Shown: piece after piece, positions 37,101-38,905 of the stretch
Numbering within the stretch: position 1 is the first letter of the stretch
How the letters are laid out: every line of letters starts with the position of its first letter
From: Flavobacteriales bacterium
Lineage (GTDB): Bacteria > Bacteroidota > Bacteroidia > Flavobacteriales_D > UBA2798
Reading direction: 5' to 3'
Assembly: GCA_044360245.1 (NCBI GenBank)
Contig: JBIKKU010000003.1
Coordinates: 1-38,905 of the forward strand
Length of the DNA: 38,905 nt
Made by a program: the position numbers and the translations under genes
The notes under the pieces: generated by a model
Database searches by the model: none
What the model saw: only the letters and a program-made list of their open reading frames with translations
Told to the model about the DNA's origin: nothing

Positions 37101-38612
37101 TTTTGGTTTGATGGTAATCAATTCGCGATCGGGTTCGTAGGAAATAAATCCTCCGGCATTGAGCTGACCGATAATTGGCATAATCTGATCGGTTGGTCGC
37201 CCCATGTGCGAAGCAAGCGCAGGAAGTGTAATGATATTGGTATCCAGCCTTCTTCCTAAGTCCTCGATGAACACCATGGGATGTGTTTTATCCATGTTGT
37301 TGAGGCTGTTGTAAATCTCTCTGGAGTAAAAATTATTCGATTCGAAAGTGGCCGATTTTTCTGATGAGCCTTCCATCGGTCCAAGTTCAATCACCGGATC
37401 TCCAACTTTCCAACGCAAGGATTCGAAATACATTTCGAGGTTGTGGTAGGTATTAAAAAATGGCGATTGCGATAATCCTGTTTTTTCCCGCTGCAAGATG
37501 ACTTGATTGGTGCTTTTGGTGTATTTGAAACGCAAGCCGGGATGTGAGATGGAATCTTTTTCAATGTAAATCACACTTTGTGCACGGTCGGAATTAATTC
37601 CGTTTGGTTTGATGATAAATGTAGTTGACAATGCACGCATGAATATTTTTCCGCCGCGGTACATGTTAAGTTTGGCCAATTCTTCTGCAGTACCAAAGCC
37701 TAGAAGGTTCGCTCCCTGCATCATAAATCCACCATCGTAATCGATATCGGGAAATACATTTTTGATGAAAAGTCGTTTGGAATAAGATTGAAACTGGGGG
37801 TACTTTACAGAACTCACTCCGCCTTTGGAAACAATTTTCTCTACGAGTTTTCCGGATAAAGGCGATTTAAAATAAGGGGTATGGAAAGTCACGGAATCCG
37901 CGTCAAATCCTACAGAACGCAAGGTTACGCTATAGCGTTTCAATTCGGCGAATGTCTCGCTTCGTGGCAATGCGGCGCGTTCCCATGTAACCACTCCTCC
38001 TCTTCCTTCGAACTTTTCTTTGAGTGGAAGTAATGTTCCTGATGTTCCAAAAACATTGGAGGTATCGTCTTTGGCGAAACAGTGTAAATCTGCTTTTTCA
38101 AAATTAACGGTAGGTTGATTGTTCTCGTAGCTGTAACTGTAGAACTGCGATTTAATGGCCCAAGATGATGTGGCTGTTTTATATACTGTTCCATCGGTAT
38201 AAAACCAATAAGAAAATTGAAGAAACTCGGCCATCTGTTTTTTATCGCGGGAATTCATGGTGCTGTTCACCACCGATTTCCAACCCGGATAAACCGTATT
38301 GAACATATTGTTCTGTGCGAAGTACAATACACCCGAAAAATATCCGAAAAACTCCGGATAGGGTTTGGCCTGTTTTGCTTCGAGGCTATTGGCCATGGTA
38401 TAACAATCGTTCTTGATATTGTCCGGCAATCCGACCCAGACTTTCTCGAATTTGTCCATGAATTCCTTAGCCTCTTTTTTGTCGTATTGTCCGAGGTAAG
38501 CCTTTAACTGGTCCGGGAATTTTTCGGGATTGGCTTGAAACGATTGGCTGTAGCCCAATAGCGAAAAGGCGGTTAAAACAACCGCTAAAAAAGCCCTCTG
38601 AAGGTGTTTCAT
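34152..38612 (-). CDS. Large (1486 aa) exported hypothetical protein, beta-strand-rich
   Basis: The ATG at 38612, one nt after the prmA stop, gives the signal peptide MKHLQRAFLAVVLTAFSLLGYSQ. No recognisable catalytic motif and no T9SS CTD. Confidence 0.85.
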   Translation of the reverse strand: MKHLQRAFLAVVLTAFSLLGYSQSFQANPEKFPDQLKAYLGQYDKKEAKEFMDKFEKVWVGLPDNIKNDCYTMANSLEAKQAKPYPEFFGYFSGVLYFAQNNMFNTVYPGWKSVVNSTMNSRDKKQMAEFLQFSYWFYTDGTVYKTATSSWAIKSQFYSYSYENNQPTVNFEKADLHCFAKDDTSNVFGTSGTLLPLKEKFEGRGGVVTWERAALPRSETFAELKRYSVTLRSVGFDADSVTFHTPYFKSPLSGKLVEKIVSKGGVSSVKYPQFQSYSKRLFIKNVFPDIDYDGGFMMQGANLLGFGTAEELAKLNMYRGGKIFMRALSTTFIIKPNGINSDRAQSVIYIEKDSISHPGLRFKYTKSTNQVILQREKTGLSQSPFFNTYHNLEMYFESLRWKVGDPVIELGPMEGSSEKSATFESNNFYSREIYNSLNNMDKTHPMVFIEDLGRRLDTNIITLPALASHMGRPTDQIMPIIGQLNAGGFISYEPDRELITIKPKLFNYLKSNSKKIDYDPIDIQSDSLVANANASINLLNYELLIHGVKRVTLSDSQFVRIYPQNQELIVMKNRNMKFAGIVNAGSTEFFGKEFFFNYGDFKVDLLQCDSMRLRVWPHTGPRNKQQRVQSVIRSVKGSITIDGKDNKSGVKRGFQQYPILNSTQHTYVFYNAKKIHNGVYDSTQFYFKVDPFVMDSLDNFKGYAQRFPGEFKSAGIIPVMREELGVQKDYSLGFIRKLNPEGVKLYGDKAVFKNEIRLSNAGLQADGSLSYLTSTAESKAFTLFPDSLSGVAQKYKNVEQKGTFEVPEVHGEEVMVRYHPKAKVFYAQSTDSLLHFFDKNSKMKGTMALRPDGMTGKGRMYFGTAELSSRHFKYKAKIIDADTSNFKLKSHDLSHEMAMSTENVNSHVDFVGRFCEMKSNGKASPTKFPANQYICFMDKMKWNMDTDDIDLLSDKKSVTGDINIDTDLDLTGSNFYSIHPDQDSLNFMSPKAKFNPRTKVINCSKVEYLNIADARIYPDSGQVVIRKNAEMDELQKAKIVCNYVTKYHKIYNARVKITAKKKYVAEGDYAYVDENKMEQKIHFAKITLDSTFQTYAKGEVKEEEKFMLSPHFEYKGVVELKANDIGLNFTGATRLVHNCGAFDRNWLSFKGVVDPLNIRIPIADDIVNYDGGGFLGAGISVNKDTIPALVYSTFLSVKTKKENPDVIKATGFLVFDKRLQEYQIAQEDKLKEASLPGNFVGYAKEKCIVRGDGRLSFGTKTSQFKAVPVGTVEQNLKTGAVTMKATVMFDFPFFEGLMEKLADKILNYPDIQPFENDPVKSIYEKSLRELIGVEKSDEIIANLSLGKERWKLPDEIAKPLVFTDVSFKLVQEDPMTHWISTGRLVLTNVYKKQIYKYIDGKIIVSHGRQGDEVTIVLKLDDANLYYFHYSNVKGRFTVYSTDPSFKSTISEAKSDKLNFKGKDGDKDFEIVYGEARSKAEAAMQME

Positions 38613-38613
38613 A

Positions 38614-38904
38614 CTAGTTCTTTTTGAATTGCAGGACAACCCAATTGTTCTTCTCCTCCATCCCTTCAAATATCAGGCCCAATCCTTCTGCAGTAGAACG
38701 GATAAGTGGCTCATCCGTTACAAAAATTCCGCTGAAAAGAATGGTACCACCGGCAGAGAGTGACCGGACATACGAAGGCATATCGGCAATGAGCACATTG
38801 CGGTTGATATTGGCTAATATAACCTGAAAGTGGCGTCCGGCCAATAAAGCAGCGTCTCCTTTTTCAACAATAATGGGACTTGTGTTATTAAGTTCTGCGT
38901 TTTC
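38614..38904 (-). CDS. prmA: 50S ribosomal protein L11 methyltransferase, 3' part (5'-truncated by the window edge)
   Basis: Frame is open to the window edge: ENAELN...ILANINRNVL...GGTILFSGIF...EEKNNW. Confidence 0.85.
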   Translation of the reverse strand, partial: ENAELNNTSPIIVEKGDAALLAGRHFQVILANINRNVLIADMPSYVRSLSAGGTILFSGIFVTDEPLIRSTAEGLGLIFEGMEEKNNWVVLQFKKN

Positions 38905-38905
38905 G

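Noticed and set aside
38613-38669. 19-aa N-terminal extension of the 1505-aa ORF
   Set aside because: It overlaps prmA. The ATG at 38612 yields a clean signal peptide.

Overview
Bacteroidota chromosomal DNA, most likely Flavobacteriales-like. This is inferred from T9SS cargo with type A and type B C-terminal domains, a PorP/SprF gene, TAnnTTTG -7 promoters and signal peptides followed by Gln. From left to right: the 3' part of a repeat-rich type B T9SS surface protein; a GNAT/FemAB-like gene and an MFS transporter; and a complete trpEGDCFBA operon with an unannotated Trp-rich leader peptide and attenuator. Next come a large BNR/PKD/SprB-repeat type A T9SS protein, a PorP/SprF plus PorE-like pair, and an XRE/S24 (LexA/CI-like) regulator. 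A ~1.4 kb accessory patch (22080-23520) holds REP-like palindromic doublets, a small AT-rich GIY-YIG nuclease and a palindrome-packed 167-bp insert at the 3' end of tRNA-Arg(ACG). The window ends with a minus-strand gene string: prmA, a 1486-aa unknown secreted protein, plsY, a 2930-aa TPR/PD40/helical-repeat/SPOR protein, clpS and an M48 protease. The best candidates for something undescribed are the GIY-YIG/REP-doublet/tRNA patch and the giant envelope proteins around plsY. All calls come from reading the sequence by eye; no database searches were run.
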